A stretch of DNA of 64,000 bases from a virus. Lineage: Duplodnaviria > Caudoviricetes. The number at the start of each line of letters is the position of its first letter. Within the stretch, counting starts at the first letter, position 1. The notes beneath the pieces were generated by a model. That model ran no database searches and was not told the DNA's origin. It saw only the letters and a program-made list of their open reading frames with translations. Position numbers and translations under genes: made by a program. Where the stretch lies: the IMG/VR virus record IMGVR_UViG_3300043726_000004, positions 37,819 through 101,818 of that record; one strand, 5' to 3'. Below are positions 1 through 9,226 of this stretch, in pieces.

Positions 1-1
1 C

Positions 2-223
2 ATGCCCAGCGCATTGGAAACACGACTGCTCGAACTGACCGTCGAAGTTGACCAAATGGCGAAGGAGTACCGCGAATCCGGAACGTCTCGCGAACGGCGC
101 GCTCAAATACATGACTACTGTCTGGACCTCTATCGCGCACTGGTGCACATCAAGGACGTCGACGATGAACAAAAGCGGCAGGCCAAAGAAGGCCAAGACA
201 AAGGCGACGAAACCGTCTACTGA
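2..223 (+). CDS. hypothetical protein
   Basis: 73-aa ORF whose stop overlaps the next start (TGATG). Confidence 0.6.
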   Translation: MPSALETRLLELTVEVDQMAKEYRESGTSRERRAQIHDYCLDLYRALVHIKDVDDEQKRQAKEGQDKGDETVY

Positions 224-414
224 TGATGCTGCGAACAACGATGTGGCCACCACTGTGGACAATCCTTACAGGTTGGGTCGTTGCGGCTGTACTGCTGGCC
301 TGGGGGTTCGCCAGGTGGCACCTCATCCAGAGGAAGCTGGACGAGCAGGACGCCGAGAGGCAGACCAGGGCCAAGGAATTGGAGAGAAAAGACGGGACGA
401 GACTGCTTGATTAG
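223..414 (+). CDS. small membrane protein
   Basis: One hydrophobic helix (LWTILTGWVVAAVLLAWGF) followed by a charged coiled tail. Confidence 0.65.
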   Translation: MMLRTTMWPPLWTILTGWVVAAVLLAWGFARWHLIQRKLDEQDAERQTRAKELERKDGTRLLD

Positions 415-436
415 TCCATTGCTAGTATGATATAAT
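407..436 (+). promoter_or_regulatory. sigma70-type promoter
   Basis: TTGATT-N18-TATAAT with TG extended -10. Confidence 0.75.
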
Positions 437-465
437 AGAGGTATGATCAGCAACAGAAGGGTAAC

Positions 466-1707
466 GTGACTACCTTCCTAGACCTCCCTGAAGCACCTTT
501 AGCGCCGCAGCCGAGGGTAAGGAGTCCGTACGATCCGCTGCCCTTCATCCGCTGGGAACCAGACGGGAAGCGAATCGTTCGCGTTCATACTAGCGACCGT
601 ATTACTTATCGGCGTTGTCGTCGACGATGGAACTGGAGCTCCCCAACGCGCGGCTTCCTTGAGGCTGCAGGTTCTCCACCAGCGCCGCTGTGGTTAGGAA
701 CGGGATTCCATTTCAGCTTGGAGGACTTCCACGGCTGGAACATCTTCGGCGACCCAGTCGACGCGCTCAACGCCTACGCGTCGTCCTTCAAACCTGACGA
801 GCTGCCAGAGGATTGGGTAGAGAACGTGGAACTGGGAAGGTCCATGTTGCACTACTACACCCTGTGGTATCCGCGTCGTTCCGAGTTCGAAACACTCTGG
901 CTGAACGACCCTATCACTGGACAACCAGTACCACAGGTCGAAGTCGAGTTCGAGATTCCGCTCTACGACTTGTGGGGGTCATATCACGGTGTTGAAACGG
1001 AGGTCTACTACGTCGGAGCCTTCGATCGAGTATGCGTTGATGCCTTCGGGCGTCTTTGGATTACTGATTACAAGACCGCCAAACGCATCGACACGAACAA
1101 GCTCGAGACCGACCCGCAGATTAGTGCCTATACTTGGGCTGGTTCCAAACTGTATGCCGAGGGACTGGTGGAAGGCGTACTTTACATCCAGTTCGCAAAG
1201 CAACAGTCCGATCAGGTCACAGTCCTGAAAGACGGCAACCTGTCACAGAACAAGCAGATTGCCACGACGTGGGCTTTATACCGAGAGGCACTCATCCAAC
1301 GGTTTGGGTCGGTACCACCTCAGTACGTGAATCACCTGAACTACCTAGCGACACAGGAGAACGCTGAAGGGGACATGTTCATCAAGCGTTCTCTTGTACG
1401 TCGTAACGCGTATGCGATCGCCATGGAGGAAGCCAAGATCATGGCGGAGGTACGCGAGATGGTTGACACAGAGTTGCCGTTGTATCCATCCCCTGATCGC
1501 GACTGCTTCTTCATGTGTCCGTTCCGAGAACCGTGTCTGGCAATGGATGACGGGTCCGATTTCCAGCACTTGATCAACACCATGTTCCAGGAACGAACTA
1601 AGGTGCCAGCATGGCGTAACAGGGTCAAGTGGCCGGCAATACCGCCAAGCCACGTGCTGGCGAAACGCAACCGCATTGACGTCAGCATGAGAGAAGGCTT
1701 GTTGTGA
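466..1707 (+). CDS. PD-(D/E)XK (Cas4/AddB-like) exonuclease
   Basis: GTGFH, FDRV, ITDYKT and QISAY motifs; one N-terminal Cys plus C-terminal CxxxC...C (Fe-S staple pattern). Confidence 0.85.
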   Translation: MTTFLDLPEAPLAPQPRVRSPYDPLPFIRWEPDGKRIVRVHTSDRITYRRCRRRWNWSSPTRGFLEAAGSPPAPLWLGTGFHFSLEDFHGWNIFGDPVDALNAYASSFKPDELPEDWVENVELGRSMLHYYTLWYPRRSEFETLWLNDPITGQPVPQVEVEFEIPLYDLWGSYHGVETEVYYVGAFDRVCVDAFGRLWITDYKTAKRIDTNKLETDPQISAYTWAGSKLYAEGLVEGVLYIQFAKQQSDQVTVLKDGNLSQNKQIATTWALYREALIQRFGSVPPQYVNHLNYLATQENAEGDMFIKRSLVRRNAYAIAMEEAKIMAEVREMVDTELPLYPSPDRDCFFMCPFREPCLAMDDGSDFQHLINTMFQERTKVPAWRNRVKWPAIPPSHVLAKRNRIDVSMREGLL

Positions 1708-2897
1708 CTCAACCACCACCACAGAACCAGCCGGCTCCACAAGGAGCTAACGGTGCAGGCCCCCAACCATCAGTACCGGCCAAACCAGACCCTTCACGTC
1801 CACTACCATCAACGACACCGAACGGCGGCGGTAATCAAGCCGCAGCACAAGTGGCACAGGTCAATGCTCAGGCTACTGCAGTTGCTGCTCAGCAAGCCGC
1901 TCCTCAACCACCCGCCTTCAAGATAGTCAAACCAGCACGTGCTGTTCGCTGGTTCAAGGGTCTGTTTTACGGACCATACGGTGCAGGAAAGACGACTCTT
2001 GCTGCCACGGCCGACGATGTGGATGCAATGCGAGACGTCATCTTGGCCGACGTTGAAGCGGGCGACCTCAGCGTCATCAATCGCGACTTCGACGTCGTGC
2101 CAATGTCGGAGTACCGGCAGATTGCGCGTCTGTACGAGTACCTGAGGGCACATGTCAAAGCACGCGACGAGAACAACGTCGCACAACTCCGCCGCTGGGA
2201 GGCGCATTTCAAGCCAGAGTTCGTCGTACCAGTTGTCGGAGCCCCTCTGCCGTCCCCAGTCGAAGGTGGGCCGCTGGTGGTCACCGAACCGTATCTTGCG
2301 CAATGGTACGAAGAAACGATTCCTACCCCGAAAAAGTACAGGACTCTGATCGTCGACTCCCTCAGTGAGCTCGACAGACTCCTGATGTACCAACTGTTGG
2401 GCATCAAGATCGGTGCTCAGCGGCTCGATGCGGAAACCCAACAGCCTGAATGGGCTGAATGGGGGAGGAACGCGGAGATGATCCGTCTGCTCATTCGTAG
2501 CATGCGGGATCTGCCCATGAACGTCATCTTCGTTTGTTCCGCCAATGTTCAGGAGGACGACCGGAAACGTCAGATTTACCGGCCGAACCTACCAGGTAAA
2601 CTAGGAGGTGAGTCACAAGGCTTCATGGATTGCGTCGGGTACCTCGTAGCGTACCCAGGTGAGAACGGCGTCCTAGCCAGGCGGCTGTACATCACGCCGG
2701 GTCAGACGTTCGATGCCAAGAACCGATTCGTCGGATTCAATGACACGTACATTCAGGACCCAACGATGGCGAAAATGTGGGATCTCGTCATGCGTTACTA
2801 CAAACCGCCCACGCCGACGTTGAATGCCCCAGCAGGGCAAACAACTAGTCCAGCGGCCACGGCTAACAGTGGCCAGCAAGCAACGACAACAACCTAA
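1704..2897 (+). CDS. AAA_24 / Sak4-like recombination ATPase
   Basis: Walker A GPYGAGKT, DVEAG, LIVDSLS, AKNR; lies between the nuclease and the SSB. Confidence 0.85.
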   Translation: MTQPPPQNQPAPQGANGAGPQPSVPAKPDPSRPLPSTTPNGGGNQAAAQVAQVNAQATAVAAQQAAPQPPAFKIVKPARAVRWFKGLFYGPYGAGKTTLAATADDVDAMRDVILADVEAGDLSVINRDFDVVPMSEYRQIARLYEYLRAHVKARDENNVAQLRRWEAHFKPEFVVPVVGAPLPSPVEGGPLVVTEPYLAQWYEETIPTPKKYRTLIVDSLSELDRLLMYQLLGIKIGAQRLDAETQQPEWAEWGRNAEMIRLLIRSMRDLPMNVIFVCSANVQEDDRKRQIYRPNLPGKLGGESQGFMDCVGYLVAYPGENGVLARRLYITPGQTFDAKNRFVGFNDTYIQDPTMAKMWDLVMRYYKPPTPTLNAPAGQTTSPAATANSGQQATTTT

Positions 2898-2920
2898 CTG
2901 CCGAAAGGCCAACCACAATC

Positions 2921-3427
2921 ATGACGCAAGTTCTTCCTGATGATCCAATGGGCACCGCGAATGCGGTTTACGATCCTGACGACGCGGTTGCTGGTGTTGC
3001 CGTCGATGACGACGACGCACTCGTTTTCGACCTTGACTCGGTCGACGAGCGAGGTACGTTCGAGCTGATCCCAGCAGGCATCTACGATGCCACCGTCGAC
3101 AACGTGGAATACACCCGTTCGTCGAAGGGCAACCCGATGCTGACCTGGCAGTTCGCGATTCAGCACGAAGGCAAGGAGCGCCGCCTCTGGCACCACACCG
3201 TCTTCGTCGAGAATGGTCTGCCGCGTGTGAAGCGCACCCTGTCGCGCATTGCACCCGACATGCCGCTGAATCAGTTCCGACCGAAGGATCAAGCGACACT
3301 CAACAGCCTGATGGGTCGTTCTTGCCGCGTGCGTGTCGGCCAGCGCCCTTACGAAGGCCAGATGCGCAACGAGGTTCGAGAGGTTCTGCCGCCGACTCAA
3401 GAAGCGGCGACTTTCCTCCCGAGCTAG
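2921..3427 (+). CDS. DUF669-like single-stranded DNA-binding protein
   Basis: FELIPAGIYDATV...SSKGNPML...NEV pattern and gene context. Confidence 0.8.
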   Translation: MTQVLPDDPMGTANAVYDPDDAVAGVAVDDDDALVFDLDSVDERGTFELIPAGIYDATVDNVEYTRSSKGNPMLTWQFAIQHEGKERRLWHHTVFVENGLPRVKRTLSRIAPDMPLNQFRPKDQATLNSLMGRSCRVRVGQRPYEGQMRNEVREVLPPTQEAATFLPS

Positions 3428-3498
3428 TCGAGGGTGGGAGGTGCCGGCAAAGAGTCAGTCCTTTCCAAACTCTCCGCGTCGGCACCTTCCTTTCGGAC

Positions 3499-4086
3499 AT
3501 GCCAAAGAACAAACCGATAACCATCGAGGTCAACATTGACATAGTTGGCCCCGAACCTAGTAAGCCGAGACGTCAACAACAAAACCCGCAGCGCACAGCA
3601 CGTAGGTTGAAACCAGTAGTGAGTGAGAGGTGCCGCAAGTGTGGCACATCCGGAGAGGTCGAGGTCGAGTACTGTAAGTCCTTGAGCGACGCCTTCGGAT
3701 TCTGGTTTTCGACCGGCGTGTTCGCAATTGAACACCTACATAAGGGCTGTAGGAGGTGCGGATATAGCTGGTTAGCAGAGGTAGTACACACAGATGATCG
3801 AGACCGAGACTCAAGTCGTCGAGTCGCAGTTCCATTCCTTGCGGGAGTTGGCAGCAGCCTTAGGCCTCCACTATATGACAGTCCTAGGATGGGCGCGGTC
3901 AGGCAAGATTCATACCGTCCGGAACCGGTTCGAGAGAAAGTACCGGATTCCTCACGACGAGTGGATCCGCCTAATGGCCCTGCCTCTAGAAAAGGAGACA
4001 GCGGACGGTCCAGCGGATGGCCTTACCTCAGAACCGTCGGGTACGGCGGCATAAAGCCGAAAGGAACTAATGGCAAGCAAGGTTGA
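3499..4086 (+). CDS. zinc-ribbon protein; the C-terminal half overlaps the next gene
   Basis: MPKNK start inside ORF 3322..4086; CRKC and CRRC pairs. Confidence 0.5.
   Translation: MPKNKPITIEVNIDIVGPEPSKPRRQQQNPQRTARRLKPVVSERCRKCGTSGEVEVEYCKSLSDAFGFWFSTGVFAIEHLHKGCRRCGYSWLAEVVHTDDRDRDSSRRVAVPFLAGVGSSLRPPLYDSPRMGAVRQDSYRPEPVREKVPDSSRRVDPPNGPASRKGDSGRSSGWPYLRTVGYGGIKPKGTNGKQG
3794..4054 (+). CDS. excisionase/MerR-like HTH DNA-binding protein
   Basis: SLRELAAALGLHYMTVLGWARSGKI...YRIP (HTH_17-like). Confidence 0.8.
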   Translation: MIETETQVVESQFHSLRELAAALGLHYMTVLGWARSGKIHTVRNRFERKYRIPHDEWIRLMALPLEKETADGPADGLTSEPSGTAA

Positions 4087-4798
4087 TGCAGTAGTCATCG
4101 TCAGTGGCGGCATGGATTCTGTCGTTCTCGCACACTCAGTGCGTGCAACGGGTGCTAGTGTACAGCTGATCACGTTCAATTACGGTCAACGCCACGCAAG
4201 GGCTGAAATCGCCCAGGCAATGTGGCAAGCAGACCATCTGAACCTGCCTCACACGGTGGTCGACCTGAGAACGATCAAACCCTTGCTGGGTGGTTCGTCC
4301 TTGACGGACGACAACGTTGAGGTGCCAGAGGGTCACTACGCCGAAGACAACATGAAAGCCACAGTGGTTCCGAACCGCAATGCGATCATGCTGTCAATCG
4401 CGTACGGCGCTGCAGTCGGTATGGGCGCTGAGACCGTCTACGCCGCAGTTCATGCCGGAGATCACGCAATCTACCCGGATTGCCGGCAAGAGTTCATAGC
4501 TGCACTGAACTCAGCCCTTGTACTCGGCAACCAGTGGGCGGATCCGATCCCGCACATCGAAACACCGTTCATTCACAAGTCGAAGGCCGATATCGTGTCC
4601 ATCGGTACCGCTATGGATGTCGACTTCTCGCACACGTGGTCGTGTTATGTCGGCGGTTCAATCCACTGCGGCGCGTGCGGAACTTGTACGGAGAGGATGG
4701 AAGCCTTCCGCATTGCCGGCGTCAAGGATCCAACAGTCTACGACCCTGCAGGCAAGGAGAAGTACCGAGTACTACAGGAGGCCGGTTCAGTCGCTTGA
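4070..4798 (+). CDS. queC: 7-cyano-7-deazaguanine synthase
   Basis: SGGMDS, YGQRH, VPNRN, YPDCR, TWSCY...HCGACGTC motifs. Confidence 0.95.
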   Translation: MASKVDAVVIVSGGMDSVVLAHSVRATGASVQLITFNYGQRHARAEIAQAMWQADHLNLPHTVVDLRTIKPLLGGSSLTDDNVEVPEGHYAEDNMKATVVPNRNAIMLSIAYGAAVGMGAETVYAAVHAGDHAIYPDCRQEFIAALNSALVLGNQWADPIPHIETPFIHKSKADIVSIGTAMDVDFSHTWSCYVGGSIHCGACGTCTERMEAFRIAGVKDPTVYDPAGKEKYRVLQEAGSVA

Positions 4799-5040
4799 CC
4801 AACACGAACAACCAACCATCGCACCCACCACCCTCATCATGGGCATCACGAGTCCCCTTGGCGCTAGCGGACAAAACGCGAGCGAAATGCGGGACTTGTG
4901 GTGAGCTTGGCGTGCCACAGATGCGGATTACTGGTCCGCATTTAGGTGCTTACTGCACAACGTGCGGTGGGCACATCCAGTGGGTTCAGAAGAAGGGCCC
5001 CTGGCGTGCACTCGCCAATGTTCAGGGTATCAATGTCTGA
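4795..5040 (+). CDS. zinc-ribbon protein
   Basis: TTGA overlap with queC; CGTCG...GPH...CTTCG. Confidence 0.6.
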   Translation: MTNTNNQPSHPPPSSWASRVPLALADKTRAKCGTCGELGVPQMRITGPHLGAYCTTCGGHIQWVQKKGPWRALANVQGINV

Positions 5041-5353
5041 GAGTGAAGAACTAGAGCCACAACAGCCCCTCCCAGAACCAGAACCCGCTCGGACCGAAGA
5101 GATAACCGTCGCGACAGAAGTCCAAACCGTATCCTACATCAAGGGACAAGTCCAAATCCCAGCCCAACCACAATATGTATCTCGGCTGGCTGAGCCTCCG
5201 GCAAGGGTGCGGTACGTCAAGCCGAGTTGGGTTTTCTGGATCAGGGAATCAAGGGGCGTAACGTATTCGTATGACATACTCGAATGGGCGTTCCGAGTGG
5301 GACTCTTCGCCTTGGGACTCCTTCTTGGATGGCTTATTTGGCACGTGCACTGA
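5033..5353 (+). CDS. membrane protein with C-terminal TM helix
   Basis: MSESEE start; C-terminal VGLFALGLLLGWLIW. Confidence 0.6.
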   Translation: MSESEELEPQQPLPEPEPARTEEITVATEVQTVSYIKGQVQIPAQPQYVSRLAEPPARVRYVKPSWVFWIRESRGVTYSYDILEWAFRVGLFALGLLLGWLIWHVH

Positions 5354-5357
5354 GAAT

Positions 5358-5621
5358 ATGCCCAACACATCAACACCCGACAGAGCAACAGCAGCCGCGT
5401 TCTCCGCAATGGAAACCCTGCTGGAGAAAGAACGACACGCCACGTCTTGTCAGCAGTGCAAACACGATCCGTCGTGGTGCAACACGTCGCAGCAGTACGA
5501 CAAGAACTTCCTGCGCGACTACAGGACGTGGAAAGCAAACCGAGGTTCAGGAGGCGTAACGATACATGGCGGAGCAGGGGCAGGAACAATTGGCCACCAA
5601 CGAGAAGACGCTGCTCGTTAG
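5358..5621 (+). CDS. hypothetical protein, possibly Zn-binding
   Basis: HxxxCxxC...C; packed in operon. Confidence 0.5.
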   Translation: MPNTSTPDRATAAAFSAMETLLEKERHATSCQQCKHDPSWCNTSQQYDKNFLRDYRTWKANRGSGGVTIHGGAGAGTIGHQREDAAR

Positions 5622-5784
5622 GATCCGAATGAAGGGAACGACGTCATCGTCAAGAACGAGTTGGGACGACGATGCAACCCGCAAGGTCATGGATGTGATG
5701 CATAACACATCAGCATTCCTGGCCCCATTGGGCTGGACGGCGTCTATTGAAAGCGTCGAGGTCCTACAAGACGACAAATCATGA
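5566..5784 (+). CDS. hypothetical protein
   Basis: AGGAGG upstream; ATGA overlap with queD. Confidence 0.6.
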   Translation: MAEQGQEQLATNEKTLLVRIRMKGTTSSSRTSWDDDATRKVMDVMHNTSAFLAPLGWTASIESVEVLQDDKS

Positions 5785-6443
5785 CCGTCATCACGAAAGA
5801 GTTCTGGTTCGAGGCAGCCCATCAGCTGCACTACCATGACGGAAAGTGTGCCCGACTCCACGGGCACTCTTACCGGTGCGAGGTCGACATTGAGGGCGAC
5901 ATAATCCTGCCTGACGCAATTCTCAACATGGCAGGCACGTTGAATGGTAGGAAGCGTAAGGGCACAGCCCATCCTGACCACAACCCGAAGATGGGCTTCG
6001 TCATGGACTTTGGCGATGTGTCGGACTTTCTCAAGCGCATCAATGACCAGTTTCTCGACCACTACTTCCTGAACGAGACCCTTGTTGATTCAGGTTATAT
6101 TCCGCGGTCTACTGCTGAATTCATTGCGGCGTGGATCTTCGGAATGGTGTACAGGCATTTCACTGAGGATGTGACGAGCGTACGCGTGTACGAAACGCGT
6201 ACGTCGTGTGCCGATGTCGACTTGGAGGACTTCAAGGAACTAGAAGAGGGAGGATACGTTATTGTCCGAACAGCCTTCACAGACCGCGACACCGACCCTG
6301 GAAAGCTCAAAGCCGGCGGAAGTGGCACTGGCACCAAGCGACGAACATCAGCAACAGCACCACAGGCCGCCAGGCCGGTCAACGCTACCAATACTGGAGA
6401 TATTCGGCCCGACCATTCAAGGCGAAGGACCAGTCGCGGGTAA
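5781..6443 (+). CDS. queD: 6-carboxytetrahydropterin synthase
   Basis: FEAAH, CARLHGHSY, DFG, LDH, STAE, YET motifs. Confidence 0.93.
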   Translation: MTVITKEFWFEAAHQLHYHDGKCARLHGHSYRCEVDIEGDIILPDAILNMAGTLNGRKRKGTAHPDHNPKMGFVMDFGDVSDFLKRINDQFLDHYFLNETLVDSGYIPRSTAEFIAAWIFGMVYRHFTEDVTSVRVYETRTSCADVDLEDFKELEEGGYVIVRTAFTDRDTDPGKLKAGGSGTGTKRRTSATAPQAARPVNATNTGDIRPDHSRRRTSRG

Positions 6444-7068
6444 GCCCTGTCACTTCATCCGACTCGCCATTTGTGACTTCAGGTGTGAGTGGTGTGACAC
6501 CAAAGAGTCCTGGACAGCAGAACACGCCACGCCCACTACTCATCCGGATATCGCCGCAAAGGTGGCAGCTCTAGGGCCCACACAGCTGATCACCATCACA
6601 GGCGGTAACCCTTGCGTTCATCCCAACGTCGGTGAACTCATGAGGACCATTCGGTATATTATGCCGAACGTCGAGTTCAGCGTTGAGACGCAGGGTTCCG
6701 TCTGGCAAGAGTGGGTCACTCGCCTCCGTTACTGCGTCGTGAGCCCGAAGGGACCGAGCAGCGGGCAAATGCCTAAGCTGAAGATGAACGTCCTCGACAG
6801 GTTCATGTTCGAGACCCGCAACCCGTTCCTCAAGGTTGTGGTTTTCGACGAAGAGGACTACAAGTTTGCCCAGTTTATGCATGCTAGGTACCGTATGGTT
6901 CCGTTCTATGTGTCGTCGGGCACGAACGAGCCTTATACGGGCCTAGTCGACATGAGCGAGCGCTATCGCTGGCTCTGCGAACTTGTTGCGCACGACAAGG
7001 ACATGCAGGACACGACTGTTCTGCCGCAGCTGCACAAACTTGCCTGGGGTAACGAAAAAGGCCGGTGA
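6262..7068 (+). CDS. queE: 7-carboxy-7-deazaguanine synthase (radical SAM)
   Basis: EIFGPTIQGEG, CDFRCEWCDT, TGGNP, ETQG, SPK, PQLH; GGAGG before TTG start. Confidence 0.95.
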   Translation: MSEQPSQTATPTLESSKPAEVALAPSDEHQQQHHRPPGRSTLPILEIFGPTIQGEGPVAGKPCHFIRLAICDFRCEWCDTKESWTAEHATPTTHPDIAAKVAALGPTQLITITGGNPCVHPNVGELMRTIRYIMPNVEFSVETQGSVWQEWVTRLRYCVVSPKGPSSGQMPKLKMNVLDRFMFETRNPFLKVVVFDEEDYKFAQFMHARYRMVPFYVSSGTNEPYTGLVDMSERYRWLCELVAHDKDMQDTTVLPQLHKLAWGNEKGR

Positions 7069-7280
7069 CGGCATCGATGACCAAGTGCGAACTGTGCGGT
7101 ACCGAGATGGACCTGCACAAGACGACGGCCCACGTTGTCAAGTGTAAGACCTGTAACCAGTTCGGCTACATTTGTAGTGCGTGCAAGAGGAAGCATCCGA
7201 AACTGCACAATCATCCGTCACCGCTACGCTTGGTACCGCGCCAGTCCTTATTGGAGTCGGAAGAACACCATGACGCTTGA
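7065..7280 (+). CDS. small Cys-rich zinc-finger protein
   Basis: Three CxxC pairs; GTGA coupling to queE. Confidence 0.6.
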   Translation: MTASMTKCELCGTEMDLHKTTAHVVKCKTCNQFGYICSACKRKHPKLHNHPSPLRLVPRQSLLESEEHHDA

Positions 7281-8364
7281 ACGAATCGGTAGCCACTGGC
7301 TCCATCCGGACCGCATACTCTACAACTGTCCGAGCCTCAGCGTTGAACTGCTGTACGCGAGGGATGCATCACCCGGTTTCGATTGGGATGCCGTACGGTC
7401 CCGCATCCAAATGTGCAACGATCGCGGTGTTCCAGTGGCTCTAAGGGTCGACTGGCGACCTAGAAGAGTCCTTCCCTCCATGTATGACGAGAACGGGGTT
7501 AGTGACTATGTCCAAGCCGTTCAGGAAGCAGTAGCCGATTATCACCCTCGTTGGCTTATCGCAGGGAACGAGACGAACCTTCATTCGGAAACCGACGACG
7601 AGGAAATGCAGGCATGGTGGGTTGCTCGTGTTGTTTTTGGCCATGGTACGGACCCGAACGACACAGGCAACGTCTTTCAGTTTGCACGTACTGCCGATCC
7701 TGACGTAATGGTTCTTGCACCTGCTGTCGGCCCGTATTCGCCTGACACTGCCGGAGACACTAACGGCTGTGAGATTCCTGACGGTCGGGGGATACTAGCA
7801 CCGTGGGAATCTTACATGTACGACCTAGCACGTAGTTCGTACAACAACGAATGGCACGTTCCGGAAATTGGTGACGTCAAGTTCGCCATACACACCTACG
7901 GACGTACGGGCGGGGATGGCAGAGCCAACGGGGGCCCGGAGGAGCCGTGGAACGATGTGCGCGAAGGGACATACGGAGCTCAATTCGGGTCCCGATGGCT
8001 TCAGGATGCACTATTCTATTGCCGTCAAGGTCTGCTCAATTCGGCGTACGGCGTCGATTACTACCCGGGTGGGATCCTCATCTCAGAGGCTAACACGCTC
8101 ACAGACGCTATGCCTTGTGACAGTTACCCGAACGGTTGGTGGCAGAATCTCATTCGGTATGTCAACCAATTCCCAAATGTCATGGGACTCGCAGCCTTCG
8201 TCGATCAAGACCTTGGAGGAATGTGGTCCGACACAGCAATGTCCATCCCAAAGGAACAACTGCGTGTCTGGAATCAAGACCACGACTACGCCCTCCAGCA
8301 GGGATGGCGAATTGGTGAGCACAGACGGAGGGGACGCAACAACACTATCGAGGCAGGTGAATGA
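7270..8364 (+). CDS. glycoside hydrolase-like TIM-barrel protein (clan GH-A-like)
   Basis: WLIAGNETN (acid/base NE), AIHTY, ILISEAN (nucleophile-like); start at MTLERI. Confidence 0.6.
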   Translation: MTLERIGSHWLHPDRILYNCPSLSVELLYARDASPGFDWDAVRSRIQMCNDRGVPVALRVDWRPRRVLPSMYDENGVSDYVQAVQEAVADYHPRWLIAGNETNLHSETDDEEMQAWWVARVVFGHGTDPNDTGNVFQFARTADPDVMVLAPAVGPYSPDTAGDTNGCEIPDGRGILAPWESYMYDLARSSYNNEWHVPEIGDVKFAIHTYGRTGGDGRANGGPEEPWNDVREGTYGAQFGSRWLQDALFYCRQGLLNSAYGVDYYPGGILISEANTLTDAMPCDSYPNGWWQNLIRYVNQFPNVMGLAAFVDQDLGGMWSDTAMSIPKEQLRVWNQDHDYALQQGWRIGEHRRRGRNNTIEAGE

Positions 8365-8367
8365 CCG

Positions 8368-8700
8368 GTGAGCTCTGCCAACATCAACATTTACCAGGGA
8401 GACGACTATGCCGCTATAGTCTCTCTAACCGACAACGACACTGGTGGCCCCGCGGACCTAACAGGTTATACGGCAACTGCTCAGATCCGTGACGACTACG
8501 CGGATAACGCCCAAACGGTCGTTGCGACGTTCGTCATTCAGATTCAGGGTAGCGACGTTTACCTGACGCTCGCTCACGACGTTACTGCCCTCTTGAAGGG
8601 TAATTACCGTTGGGACCTGCAGCTAGTGGACTCTAGCGGGCAGTACACCACTCCCATATACGGCAAAATCTTTGTGCTGCAGGAGGTCACCAGACCGTGA
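8368..8700 (+). CDS. BppU-N-like Ig/adaptor structural protein
   Basis: IYQGDD...DLTGYTATAQIR...YRWDLQL...EVT pattern typical of phage structural adaptors. Confidence 0.7.
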   Translation: MSSANINIYQGDDYAAIVSLTDNDTGGPADLTGYTATAQIRDDYADNAQTVVATFVIQIQGSDVYLTLAHDVTALLKGNYRWDLQLVDSSGQYTTPIYGKIFVLQEVTRP

Positions 8701-9014
8701 TTGCTGGCGTTGATCCACAGATACTAAGGGCCGCACTGACGGTTAGTCCTACGCCTCTACGGGCCAGGCTTCAAACACAACCGCCGCGGTTAGGCCCTGC
8801 GTATATTCGTCAACCCCAAACATTCCGTGCCGGGTTGCAACAGCAGCCGACACCCTTAGCGGCACGCCTACAGAAAACGCCTGACAGGTTCGATGCGGTA
8901 CTGAATCCTACCGGAACGGGCGGTGGGCCAAGTGTCGATGTCGAACTGAGGCGGTACGTGCAGAAGATCATGGCCGTTCTCGATCCGAACGGTCCTCCGT
9001 CGCCGAATCCATGA
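8697..9014 (+). CDS. hypothetical protein with internal repeats
   Basis: Repeated PTPL(R/A)ARLQ units; translationally coupled on both sides. Confidence 0.65.
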   Translation: MIAGVDPQILRAALTVSPTPLRARLQTQPPRLGPAYIRQPQTFRAGLQQQPTPLAARLQKTPDRFDAVLNPTGTGGGPSVDVELRRYVQKIMAVLDPNGPPSPNP

Positions 9015-9226
9015 CCAACGAACCGAACGAACGAGGAAGTGGGTTCCACTCGCAGATCCCAGTCGCAGGCAGCTTGAGTGCCAAGATCATCCGTGCCTGT
9101 CGAGTACATACTGACTGCTCACTTGAATGTCCCGACCGCGTAGTTGAGGACAAAGGCGAAATAGCCAGTTTCGACAACCGCCCGTTGATCGATCGACTCA
9201 AGGAGAAGCTTCCGTGGCATCGCTAG
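9011..9226 (+). CDS. hypothetical protein, possibly the N-terminal part of a split fibre subunit
   Basis: GSLSAKIIRA...VEDKGEI; ATGA coupling. Confidence 0.6.
   Translation: MTNEPNERGSGFHSQIPVAGSLSAKIIRACRVHTDCSLECPDRVVEDKGEIASFDNRPLIDRLKEKLPWHR

Noticed and set aside
466-1707. CRISPR-Cas (Cas4)
   Set aside because: No repeat-spacer array or other cas genes; the context is a phage recombination module
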